The notes: a model not told the origin generated them from the letters alone. DNA of 31,749 nt from Parcubacteria group bacterium Athens0416_74 (GCA_007375785.1 VMEY01000006.1:1-31749), one strand, 5' to 3'; positions 15,988 through 25,017 are shown, numbered from the stretch's first letter. Program-made: numbers and translations.

Positions 15988-18957
15988 TTACCAGTCTTTA
16001 AAGGATGCGCGGTATGCAGCGGTGAGTGTACCGAGCGGAATCTTGAGCGTGCTCGAACCCGCGATAAGCGAAAGCTCACTCCCTTTCACCGTACCGATGC
16101 GTGTGCACTTCGCGCCCTTCATCGCCTTTTCAAACTCCGCCTCCATGCCGGCGCGCACGCTTACGAGAACACGACCCTGACTCTCCGAAAAAAGTATCGC
16201 ATCGTCGGATGATGCGTTGCCCGGAAGCTGAGAGAGATCGAGTAGTGCGCCGAGCTGTCCTCCAATTGCCGACTTCGAGAGCGCTACCGCGAGGCCTCCG
16301 CGCCCCACAGAGAGCGCCGACGCGATACAGCCTTTTTGTATCGCATGCTCGAGCGCTCTGTATGCGAGAAGGTTCTTCTTCGTGTGCGTGCGAGGCACGC
16401 CAGTCCCGACGTATGTTTTCTTTGCCTTTTCAGAGAGGAGAGCAAAGTACTCAGAAGCACCGAGTTCGTCGTGCGTCTCACCTATCAGATATATGCGGTC
16501 ACCCTCGGCCTTGAAATCTATTGTCACGGCACGCGAGACATCGTCGATGACACCGATGGCGGAAATCAAAAGGGTTGGCGGTGCGGCGATGTGTATCTTT
16601 TTGCCCTTTGCGTCAAAACCGCGGAAGTCGTTGAACATGCTGTCTTTGCCGGAAATGTACGGCGTACCATACGCGACCGCGGTGTCGTAGACGGCTTTTG
16701 CCGACTCTTTGAGCTCGTACAATCTCTCCGGCGTATTTGAAGAAGACCAGCAGAAATTGTCCAGAACCGCGAGATGCTCAAGCGAGGCACCGGCACACAC
16801 AGCGCTGCGCACTGCTGCATCTATCGAGGCAGCAGCCATCGCATATGTATCGATATCCGAGTACCAAGGGAAAAATCCATGACTGAGCACCACGCCCTTT
16901 TTTGAGTGAGGAAGTGGCTGGATGACACCTGCGTCCGCATTCACTCGCCCCCTACCCTGGAGTGGCTTCGTGACCGACGTGCCCTGCACTTCATGGTCGT
17001 ATTGCTGCGAGATAAACGAAATACTGCCGATATTGGAGCGAGAGAGAAGTGCAAGCAGAGACTTCTCGAGCGGCACGTTTCGAATACTCTTCGGCGGCTC
17101 GATATTCGTATAGACCGGCTTCCGAGTCTTCTGATGTTCGACAGGCCTTCCGTCGTGAAGGAATTCCATGTGCATATCCATAATCGTCTTGCCTTTGTAC
17201 TTCACGACGCACTTCCCCGAGGCGGTAAATTCGCCCACTACGCACGCTTCGACATCGTGTCTGTCGAAAAGTTTCTTTAATTCCTTCCAGTGCTTCTTTG
17301 GCACGGCAAATGTCATACGCTCCTGCGACTCCGAAATCCAAATCTGCCAGGGTGAGAGGCCCGGGTATTTGAGCGGTACTTTCTCGAGATTCACGAGTGC
17401 GCCGCCGCATTCTTTTGCCATCTCCGCGATGGAGCACGAGATACCACCCGCGCCGTTGTCGGTGATACTGGTGTAGAGCGCTCTATCGCGCGCCTCACGC
17501 ACCACCGCATCCGACATTTTCTTTTGCGTAATAGGGTCACCTATCTGCACCGCGGTAGCGGGCGACCCGCTCGCGAGTGCTTCAGAAGAAAATGTTGCGC
17601 CGTGTATGCCATCGAGGCCCACTCTCCCGCCCGCGACAACGATGTAATCTCCCGCTCGCGCTTTTTTCTTGTGAAGTACCCTGCCTGCACTTTTGCGCGG
17701 CAAGAAACCGACTGTACCGGCAAAAACAAGCGGTTTGCCGCGATACCGCGGATCAGTCGCGACAAAGCCGAGCGGCGTCGGTATGCCGCTTTGGTTGCCG
17801 CCCGCATTTACGCCCCTGATAACACCTTCAAGAATGCGGCGAGACGGCAGCAGCGGCTGCTTCTTAGCAGCGTCTCGATACACCGGCACGTCTTTATGAG
17901 GGTCTCCTACGCAATAACCGTACACATTGGCAATCGGTTTTGCTCCGAGCCCAAAACCGAGTGCGTCACGATTCACTCCCACAATGCCGGTAATAGCGCC
18001 GCCAAACGGGTCCAGCGCCGACGGAGAATTATGTGTCTCCACTTTGTGGGTAACAATGTATTCACCGTCGAATGCGATACCGCCCGCGTTGTCGGTAAAT
18101 ACCGAGAGACAAAAGTCTCTCTTTCCCTTTGATTTTCGAATCTTCTGCGTCGCCCCCTTTATGTATCGTTTGTAAATTCCCTCTTTCACTTCATCTATCG
18201 GGTCCGCAAATATGGAGTGCTTGCAATGTTCGGACCACGTCTGGGCCAGTGATTCGAGCTCTATGTCGGTCGGCAACCGCTTGAGCTTCCTGTAGTGCGA
18301 CTGAATCGTCTTCATTGCATTGAGCGAGAGCGCGAGCGGTCCGCGGCGCGTGCCGTCGGGATTGGCGACGCCCTCTTTCCCGATTCGTACAAGCTCGTCG
18401 TCAGAGACATCGAGGCTCACCGCATCGACAGCAACACGCTCGTGCAGATGCACCTGGGGTACCACGATAGGAAGCCCGCGCTTGGCTTGCTTGGCGTCAT
18501 AGATAGAGGCCCGTTCAATGAGCGGATTGTGAAGCTCTCGCGCCATTGCCTCCGCATCACTCCGCGACACTCCATCGAGAAATACAAAGAAGGATGTGTA
18601 CACATCTTCGTCTTTTTTGAGTTTCTTTCCCAGCGCATCCTCGAGCATCTGACGCGCTGTCTTTGCCACATTGTCCGTGACGCCCGGGTGGAAGCCTATT
18701 TCGATGACGAAGGTGTATTTCTTCGGTGCAATCACCCGCGAAGTCGAGTACTCATCGATGAGCGGGTTTGTGAGGCGCCTCGCGAACGTATCGATCTCCT
18801 TCGCTGTGAGCTTTGCGTCGACAGTATACGCTTGTGCGACTGCCACAGACCGAATCTTCGACCCGGGAAAGATGTCCCGGAGCGTGCGGAGGTAGCCGAG
18901 AGCTCGCGCATCTTCGACTTTCGCCGCTACCGTAATCCGCCGAGTCATTGTCCGCAT
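15988..18957 (-). CDS. purL: FGAM synthase synthetase subunit with N-terminal PurS-like domains
   Basis: QTWSEHCKH, DNAG, KVETHNSPS, GGRVGLDGIHGATFSS, DNGAGG, SESQERM, SGKDS, FSESQGR. About 190 extra N-terminal residues. The start may be 18972, 18957 or 18948. Confidence 0.95.
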   Translation of the reverse strand: MRTMTRRITVAAKVEDARALGYLRTLRDIFPGSKIRSVAVAQAYTVDAKLTAKEIDTFARRLTNPLIDEYSTSRVIAPKKYTFVIEIGFHPGVTDNVAKTARQMLEDALGKKLKKDEDVYTSFFVFLDGVSRSDAEAMARELHNPLIERASIYDAKQAKRGLPIVVPQVHLHERVAVDAVSLDVSDDELVRIGKEGVANPDGTRRGPLALSLNAMKTIQSHYRKLKRLPTDIELESLAQTWSEHCKHSIFADPIDEVKEGIYKRYIKGATQKIRKSKGKRDFCLSVFTDNAGGIAFDGEYIVTHKVETHNSPSALDPFGGAITGIVGVNRDALGFGLGAKPIANVYGYCVGDPHKDVPVYRDAAKKQPLLPSRRILEGVIRGVNAGGNQSGIPTPLGFVATDPRYRGKPLVFAGTVGFLPRKSAGRVLHKKKARAGDYIVVAGGRVGLDGIHGATFSSEALASGSPATAVQIGDPITQKKMSDAVVREARDRALYTSITDNGAGGISCSIAEMAKECGGALVNLEKVPLKYPGLSPWQIWISESQERMTFAVPKKHWKELKKLFDRHDVEACVVGEFTASGKCVVKYKGKTIMDMHMEFLHDGRPVEHQKTRKPVYTNIEPPKSIRNVPLEKSLLALLSRSNIGSISFISQQYDHEVQGTSVTKPLQGRGRVNADAGVIQPLPHSKKGVVLSHGFFPWYSDIDTYAMAAASIDAAVRSAVCAGASLEHLAVLDNFCWSSSNTPERLYELKESAKAVYDTAVAYGTPYISGKDSMFNDFRGFDAKGKKIHIAAPPTLLISAIGVIDDVSRAVTIDFKAEGDRIYLIGETHDELGASEYFALLSEKAKKTYVGTGVPRTHTKKNLLAYRALEHAIQKGCIASALSVGRGGLAVALSKSAIGGQLGALLDLSQLPGNASSDDAILFSESQGRVLVSVRAGMEAEFEKAMKGAKCTRIGTVKGSELSLIAGSSTLKIPLGTLTAAYRASFKDW

Positions 18958-18972
18958 GATAGCCTCTGACAC

Positions 18973-19506
18973 CTATCGCGACAAATCGACCCATCGATAC
19001 GCGAGCCCTTCGAATTCTCGATGCTCATCAGAGAGTACGCGGGTGAAATCCTGCTCGTATGCCGGGAAAAATGAGTCCGCCTCTCCGCCAGCCGGCGGAT
19101 TCGCATCAATCAGAGTGAGTTTCAAAATATCAGTATACGGTAGCGCCGCTTCATATATCTGCGCACCGCCCCCGATTGAGACCTGTTCGCTATCGAGTGC
19201 TTTTCCCTTTTCGATTGCTTCTTCTACCGAAGCAACGAACTCCACATTGCCCCATGATGGAGAAACGTTCTCCCTCATCGCGGAGGGGTCGCGTGTAACC
19301 ACGATGTTCTGCCGCCCGGGAAGTGGCTTGCCCAAGTACCCCACGATGGATTCAAATGTCTTTCTGCCGAGAACGATGGGGTGACCCGCCGTGAGCTCTT
19401 TGAATCGGTGTAGGTCATCCGGTATTCGCCAGAGCAATTCGTTGCCTCTCCCGAGCTCGCGGTTGCGCCCAATCGCTGCTATCGCCACGACTTTTGCGCC
19501 TTTCAT
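18973..19506 (-). CDS. folA: Dihydrofolate reductase
   Basis: IAAIG.N..LG..N.LLW.IP.DL..FK, GRKTFESI, LPGRQNIVVTR, IGGGAQIY, DSFFP. Start ATG 19506. Confidence 0.96.
   Translation of the reverse strand: MKGAKVVAIAAIGRNRELGRGNELLWRIPDDLHRFKELTAGHPIVLGRKTFESIVGYLGKPLPGRQNIVVTRDPSAMRENVSPSWGNVEFVASVEEAIEKGKALDSEQVSIGGGAQIYEAALPYTDILKLTLIDANPPAGGEADSFFPAYEQDFTRVLSDEHREFEGLAYRWVDLSR
19084..19099. repeat. 16-nt palindromic element inside folA
   Basis: On the - strand: TCCGCC-GGCT-GGCGGA, translated in NPPAGGE. Confidence 0.75.
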
Positions 19507-19585
19507 ATGAGCGGAATATACCACACCTCATTTCCCCTTTACCTGCAATCCTGCTCTCGTAACCTGGGGGCTATAATGACCGTCC

Positions 19586-20260
19586 ATGCAGACGTACGAA
19601 GTTGAAATAAAGTCACTGCTCGGCAACCCGGAAAATGCGCAAAAAGTGCGCGACGCTCTCAAGCAGGCCGACCCCTCGTGCACAATTCTCTCTCGCAACA
19701 AGCAACGCAATCACTACTTCATCGGAGGCGAGCTCTTAAACCTGGCCGAAGTCATGCGCGAACACCTCTCTGTCGAGGCGGCGGCTCGGCTCGACGACCT
19801 CGCGGCAAAAGCGACGGATTTCTCGGTCCGCACGAGGGACAAAGACGGTCAGGTGCTACTCGTAGTGAAGGCGTCCCTCGGAGCCGACTCAAGCGCCAAT
19901 GGTGTCGCACGGCTCGAGTTTGAAGAATGGGTCCAGCTTACGCTCGAAGAGCTCGACGCGCTCGTACTTTCCGCCGGATTCATGTATCAGGCAAAGTGGT
20001 CGCGGGAGCGTGAGGAGTACGTGGCACACGGCATCAACATCACGCTCGATAAAAATGCCGGCTATGGTTGGCTCGCAGAATTTGAGAAGGTCGTCGACGA
20101 CGCGGCAAAGGTGACGCAGGCACGTTCCGACATCGAAGAATTTATGAAGAGCATAGGTGTGCGTGAGCTTCCGCAAGACAGACTTGAGAGGATGTTCGCC
20201 TTCTACAATGCGCATTGGTCCGAGTATTACGGCACCGACAATATATTTACTATAGACTAA
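19586..20260 (+). CDS. CYTH / triphosphate tunnel metalloenzyme family protein
   Basis: N-terminal ExExK (YEVEIK), Q.NHYF, VRTR, R.EFE, KWSR.REEY, ITLDKNAGYG..AEFE. Confidence 0.85.
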   Translation: MQTYEVEIKSLLGNPENAQKVRDALKQADPSCTILSRNKQRNHYFIGGELLNLAEVMREHLSVEAAARLDDLAAKATDFSVRTRDKDGQVLLVVKASLGADSSANGVARLEFEEWVQLTLEELDALVLSAGFMYQAKWSREREEYVAHGINITLDKNAGYGWLAEFEKVVDDAAKVTQARSDIEEFMKSIGVRELPQDRLERMFAFYNAHWSEYYGTDNIFTID

Positions 20261-20265
20261 CTACC

Positions 20266-20835
20266 ATGTTCCTCTCCGACACAGACATAAAGAAAGCAGT
20301 AAAGAGCGGCGAGATTACCCTTGAGCCGTTCGACACATCCCGTCTGCAGCCCGCTTCGTACGATATCCTCCTTGGCAACAAATTCGTCGAGAACGACGCA
20401 AGCTCTACACACTACGTCGACCCCGCTCGTAAGATTTACGCAAAAACCACGGAGAAGATTATTAAAGACGGCGATGAGTTTATCCTTCATCCCGGCGTAT
20501 CGGTACTCGGCCTCTCAAAAGAATTCTTCGGTACCGACCACTTTCTCATACAAGTCGGCGGCAAGTCCTCGCTCGCACGCATTGGGCTCATGATTCACAA
20601 CACTGCGGGCATCATCAACCCCGGACACTTTCTCAACATTACGTTTGAGATAACCAACCAGAGCAACATCCCGATAATCTTGCGTCCCGGCATGGAAATC
20701 GCACAAATAACATTCTCAAAGCTCTCCTCCCCTCCTGAGCGCAACTACAAGACGGTCGGTCGCTTCGCCAAAGACAACTGGAAACACTTCGTCCCCGCGA
20801 AGAGTTCAAAAAAGAAGAGGGTCTCCAAAAAGTAA
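20266..20835 (+). CDS. dcd: dCTP deaminase
   Basis: LSDTDIK, LQPASYDILLG, LHPG, GKSSLARIGL.IH.TAG.I.PG, ITFEI, LRPGMEIAQITF. Confidence 0.92.
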   Translation: MFLSDTDIKKAVKSGEITLEPFDTSRLQPASYDILLGNKFVENDASSTHYVDPARKIYAKTTEKIIKDGDEFILHPGVSVLGLSKEFFGTDHFLIQVGGKSSLARIGLMIHNTAGIINPGHFLNITFEITNQSNIPIILRPGMEIAQITFSKLSSPPERNYKTVGRFAKDNWKHFVPAKSSKKKRVSKK

Positions 20836-20836
20836 T

Positions 20837-21799
20837 ATGAGCAACCACCCCGAGTATCAGTATCTGGATCTCTTGAGAGAGACGCTCGAGAAGGGTGAGC
20901 AGCAGGTAGATAAAGGCACGGGCGTAAAGACCTACAGCGTATTCGGCAGACAGATACGTTTTGACCTCTCAGAAGGCTTCCCGCTCCTCACCACGAAGAG
21001 GGTGTATTGGAATGGCGTCTTGCATGAGCTCTTCTGGTTTATGTCGGGACAGAGCAATATCAAGTACCTCGTCGATAACAACGTCCACATCTGGGACGAC
21101 TACCCGCACAAGATTTACTCAGAGAAAGCCGAGAAGCGTCTGGTGCCCACGATGACGAAAGATGAGTTCATCGCCAAGATAAAAGACGATGCCGCATTTG
21201 CAAAGGAGCATGGTGAGCTGCCGCACATCTACGGCGAGAGTTGGAGGCGATGGCCGGCGGAGGATGGCCGCACCGTGGATCAGCTCGGCTGGGCTATCGA
21301 GGAGCTTCGCCGTGACCCTGATGCGCACAACACGCTGGTGACCTCATGGAATCCGCAGTACCTCTACTCGATGGCTCGCCCGGGGGAGGGCGCACGCTTC
21401 CCTATCTGCCACAACATGTATCAGCTCAACATCAAACACGGCAAAGTGTGCCTGCAGCTGTACCAGAGGAGCGCCGATGTCTTTCTCGGCGTGCCGTTCA
21501 ACATTGCGAGCTATGCGCTCCTCACGGCGATCGTCGCCAAGATTCTAGGTCGTGAACCGGGAGAATTCGTCCACACGTTCGGCGACCTCCATATCTATGA
21601 GAATCACAAAGAGCAGGCACTCGAACAGCTCTCGCGCGAACCCAATCCTCTTCCGAAGATCTCATTCAATCACGATTTTGATTCACTTGATTCGTTCAAG
21701 CCCGAATACGTCACGCTGACCGATTATGTCCCGCACGCCGGTATCAAAGCGGAGCTCACGGTCGCGGGCGGGTACAACAAGGACCTGCACGGTGCATAA
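20837..21799 (+). CDS. thyA: Thymidylate synthase (ThyA)
   Basis: FPLLTTK, ELFWF, IWD, YG..WR.W, PICH (catalytic Cys), YQRSADVFLGVPFNIASY, GDLHIYENH. Confidence 0.96.
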   Translation: MSNHPEYQYLDLLRETLEKGEQQVDKGTGVKTYSVFGRQIRFDLSEGFPLLTTKRVYWNGVLHELFWFMSGQSNIKYLVDNNVHIWDDYPHKIYSEKAEKRLVPTMTKDEFIAKIKDDAAFAKEHGELPHIYGESWRRWPAEDGRTVDQLGWAIEELRRDPDAHNTLVTSWNPQYLYSMARPGEGARFPICHNMYQLNIKHGKVCLQLYQRSADVFLGVPFNIASYALLTAIVAKILGREPGEFVHTFGDLHIYENHKEQALEQLSREPNPLPKISFNHDFDSLDSFKPEYVTLTDYVPHAGIKAELTVAGGYNKDLHGA

Positions 21800-21850
21800 T
21801 TTCCCTATGAGCTAATTCCTTACAGACTTTATCCACTAAATTCTCACTCT

Positions 21851-23122
21851 ATGAAAAATCTCTATCCGCATATCAAGAAACAAGATAAGAAGGTATTTGC
21901 CGCAATCGAAGGCGAAGAGAAGCGCCAGGCGGAAGGTCTGGAGCTCATCCCCTCGGAGAACTACGTGTCCCAGGCGGTTCGCGAAGCCAACGCCTCAGCG
22001 CTTACCAACAAGTACTCGGAGGGATACCCAGGCAAGCGCTATTACGGCGGCCAAGAGTTCACCGACGAAGTGGAGATGATTGCGATCGAACGCGCCAAGA
22101 AGCTCTTCGGAGCAAAGTACGCCAACGTGCAGCCTCACGCAGGTGCGCCGGCAAACGTCGGTATGTACTTTGCGCTCCTCGAACCAGGAGACACCGTGCT
22201 CGGCATGGATCTCTCGCATGGTGGACACCTCACGCACGGTCACCCCGTCACCTATCTCACCAAAATATTCCGCTTTGTCCGCTACAAGATGAAGGATGTG
22301 GAGACGGGAGAAATCGATTACGACGAGATGCGCAAGGTCGCAAAGAAAGAACGTCCAAAGATAGTCCTCGCCGGTTATTCCGCCTACCCTCGTGAGCTCG
22401 ACTACGATAAGTTTGTCTCCATCGCACGCGAAGTTGGCGCCTACGCGGTCATGGATATCGCGCATATCGCGGGACTCATCGCAGGCAAGGCGGTGCGCAA
22501 TCCTTTCGACCATGGCTTCGACATCATGACCACCACCACACACAAGACGCTCCGCGGCCCGCGTGGCGGTATGATTCTCACGCGAGAAGATGCCGATTTT
22601 GCGAAGAAAATCGACAAGAGCATATTCCCTGGATTACAGGGCGGACCCCTCATGCACAACATCGCAGCGAAGGCAGTGTGCTTCGGTGAGGCGCTCTCCC
22701 CCAAATTCCGCGTCTACGCCAAGCAGGTATTGAAGAACGCAAAAGCGATGGAAAAAGTATTTGCTACAAACAATGTGCGCATGTTGACTGGCGGCACGAG
22801 CAATCACCTCATCCTCGCCGACGTGTGGGGCAGCATGGGTATCTCCGGCAAGGAAGCAGAGACGCTCCTCGACGAAGTCGGTATGACACTCAACAAAAAC
22901 TCAATCGCAGACGATGTACGAGGCCCCATGGATCCCTCGGGCATCCGCTTTGGCACACCCGCCATCACGACGCGCGGATTCAAGGCAAAAGAGTCAACGA
23001 AGGTCGCTGAGCTCATGATTGAGGCGCTCAAAAACAAGAGCAACAAAAAAGTACATAAGCGTATTCGTGAAGATGTTCGCAAACTCTGCAAACGCTTCCC
23101 CATCCCCGAATCGTTTGTTTAA
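21851..23122 (+). CDS. glyA: Serine hydroxymethyltransferase
   Basis: LIPSEN, NKYSEGYPGKRYYGG, NVQPH, GGHLTHG, TTTHKTLRGPRGG, FPGLQGGP, SGIRFGTPAITTRG. Confidence 0.97.
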   Translation: MKNLYPHIKKQDKKVFAAIEGEEKRQAEGLELIPSENYVSQAVREANASALTNKYSEGYPGKRYYGGQEFTDEVEMIAIERAKKLFGAKYANVQPHAGAPANVGMYFALLEPGDTVLGMDLSHGGHLTHGHPVTYLTKIFRFVRYKMKDVETGEIDYDEMRKVAKKERPKIVLAGYSAYPRELDYDKFVSIAREVGAYAVMDIAHIAGLIAGKAVRNPFDHGFDIMTTTTHKTLRGPRGGMILTREDADFAKKIDKSIFPGLQGGPLMHNIAAKAVCFGEALSPKFRVYAKQVLKNAKAMEKVFATNNVRMLTGGTSNHLILADVWGSMGISGKEAETLLDEVGMTLNKNSIADDVRGPMDPSGIRFGTPAITTRGFKAKESTKVAELMIEALKNKSNKKVHKRIREDVRKLCKRFPIPESFV

Positions 23123-23124
23123 AC

Positions 23125-23736
23125 ATGTTCTTCGGCATCGACCTCACAGACCTCCTCCAGCTCGTCGGCTACCCGGGCGTCTTCGCCATCATATTTGCGG
23201 AGTCCGGCCTTATCGTAGGCTTCTTCTTGCCGGGCGCGTCACTCCTCTTCACCGCCGGACTCCTCGCCGCTGCGGGTGTCTTCAACCCGTTCATTCTCAT
23301 CCCGCTCGTCACACTCGCGGCAATCCTTGGCGACAACGTGGGCTATTGGTTTGGCAATAAAGTAGGTATCAAGCTTTTCACAAAGCCCGATTCGCGATTC
23401 TTCCACCAAGAGCATCTCCGCCGCACGCAACACTTCTACGAAAAGCACGGTGCGAAGGCAATAATCCTTGCTCGCTTCATCCCTATCATCCGCACGTTTA
23501 CGCCGATTGTGGCGGGTATCGCGAGCATGAATTACCGCACTTTCTTCATCTGCAACGTCGTCGGCGCACTTGCATGGGCTACGGGCGTGACGACTGCAGC
23601 GTATATTCTCGGTACGCGCTTCCCGTTTATCGGTGACTACATAGAAATTGTCATCGTGACAATAATTGCTGTCACTCTCATCCCGCTCTTTTGGGAAATG
23701 TTTAAGCAGTACCGCTCGAGGAACGAAGTTGTGTAA
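23125..23736 (+). CDS. dedA: DedA/VTT-domain membrane protein
   Basis: IIFAESGL..GFFLPG.SLLF.AG, GDNVGYW.G, ARFIP.IRTF.P..AG...M.Y..F...N. Confidence 0.93.
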   Translation: MFFGIDLTDLLQLVGYPGVFAIIFAESGLIVGFFLPGASLLFTAGLLAAAGVFNPFILIPLVTLAAILGDNVGYWFGNKVGIKLFTKPDSRFFHQEHLRRTQHFYEKHGAKAIILARFIPIIRTFTPIVAGIASMNYRTFFICNVVGALAWATGVTTAAYILGTRFPFIGDYIEIVIVTIIAVTLIPLFWEMFKQYRSRNEVV

Positions 23737-24508
23737 GTCGTGCGACGCCACCCCAAAGTCCTCCATTGTCTGCCAGCTCAGCAATTTTGATGTGCGGCGT
23801 GGGAGCACCTCCAGCAAGGAGCTTACTGAGTGTTTCTTCGACGCGTTTGATTGGAATCGGATTTATACCAACTATCATTGATCCCCCGAGAACGATAGTC
23901 TCTGGCGACCAGCGAGCAACCACCTGACGAAGTCCGCCTGCCAATGTGTCTGCGAGACCATCCCGCACCTCCACTGAATCTAAGTCTCTAGGATCAATCC
24001 CAAATTTCGCTCGCACTGCAGTTCCAGATACAAGACCCTCAAGATCAGAGTCTCCGATTTTTATACTACCCACCCCACCGGCTTCGACGATATGCCCGTC
24101 TCGGATGAGGGCCCCGCCAACTCCGGTCGAGACAGTGACGTAGACCAGTGTCTTCGCCCCTCTACCAGCGCCGACATATGCTTCTCCCAGCCCGGCAAGA
24201 GCCGCATCGTTGACGACATCAGCCTGCACACCGAGAGAGTTCGAAAGTTCTTTTACGATATCAGTTCCCTCCCATCCTTTCAAATTTCCCGCATCTGATA
24301 TGACCCCGTTTACTACCATGCCTGCAACACACCCCGTGATGCTCTCTATCGCCTCACCCTGAGCGCATTCGCTCGCAAGTGTGACAAAAGTCTTGATTCC
24401 TTCTGAAGGATCTTTCGGCGTACGGACTTTGCGCACCTCTCCGATACTCTCGCCTAAGACCGGGGCGACTCGCATATTCGTACCTCCTATATCGAAGACG
24501 ATGTGCAT
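23702..24508 (-). CDS. ROK-family sugar kinase
   Basis: FDIGGTNMR, VVNDAALAGLGEA, YVTVSTGVGG, LEGLVSG. Its 3' end overlaps the dedA 3' end by 35 nt. Confidence 0.88.
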   Translation of the reverse strand: MHIVFDIGGTNMRVAPVLGESIGEVRKVRTPKDPSEGIKTFVTLASECAQGEAIESITGCVAGMVVNGVISDAGNLKGWEGTDIVKELSNSLGVQADVVNDAALAGLGEAYVGAGRGAKTLVYVTVSTGVGGALIRDGHIVEAGGVGSIKIGDSDLEGLVSGTAVRAKFGIDPRDLDSVEVRDGLADTLAGGLRQVVARWSPETIVLGGSMIVGINPIPIKRVEETLSKLLAGGAPTPHIKIAELADNGGLWGGVARLTQLRSSSGTA

Positions 24509-24513
24509 GAAAA

Positions 24514-25017
24514 TCAGTTCAAGACTGGCAGTCCGCCGAAATCAGTCGCGCGCACTTCTTTGTACTTCGGATTCTTTTTCAGCGCCGGAGCTCCGTCGTG
24601 CTCGACGACGTAGTACGCAAATCCCTGCATGGCCTTTACCGCCGTGTAGTCGGCATGCCCCGGCATCGAAGCGGAGTCCTCTGCCCCATCCACCGGGGAA
24701 TCATCCACCATCACGAGCCATGTCTTCCCGACATTTATCATGAGGTGTCCGTAGCCGGGCGGCATATAGACTTCGTCGCCGGCTTTGACCTGAATCGCAT
24801 TGAATTCTGCCACCACACTCGGGTCGCTCGGGTCCGCGAGCTTCTGGAGGAGCGCTACGCCCGCACCTTCCTTAAACCAGTACGTCTCATCGAGGTCACC
24901 GATGTGGTAGTGGCCATATGTCTTGATGTACTCACCTCCTATCGTACCTGTCTCAAGCGCCATGAGCACATCTCTCATCTTGTCATGCGTCCTTGCCGCG
25001 TATGGTTCAAATGTCAT
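24514..25017 (-). CDS. Cupin-type glucose-6-phosphate isomerase (PgiA-like), probably internally shortened
   Basis: GGEYIKTYGHYH, ETYW...G.G..LLQ and VKAGD.VYMPPGYGH...N.G match the cupin PGI metal-binding motifs (H, H, E, H). Confidence 0.8.
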   Translation of the reverse strand: MTFEPYAARTHDKMRDVLMALETGTIGGEYIKTYGHYHIGDLDETYWFKEGAGVALLQKLADPSDPSVVAEFNAIQVKAGDEVYMPPGYGHLMINVGKTWLVMVDDSPVDGAEDSASMPGHADYTAVKAMQGFAYYVVEHDGAPALKKNPKYKEVRATDFGGLPVLN

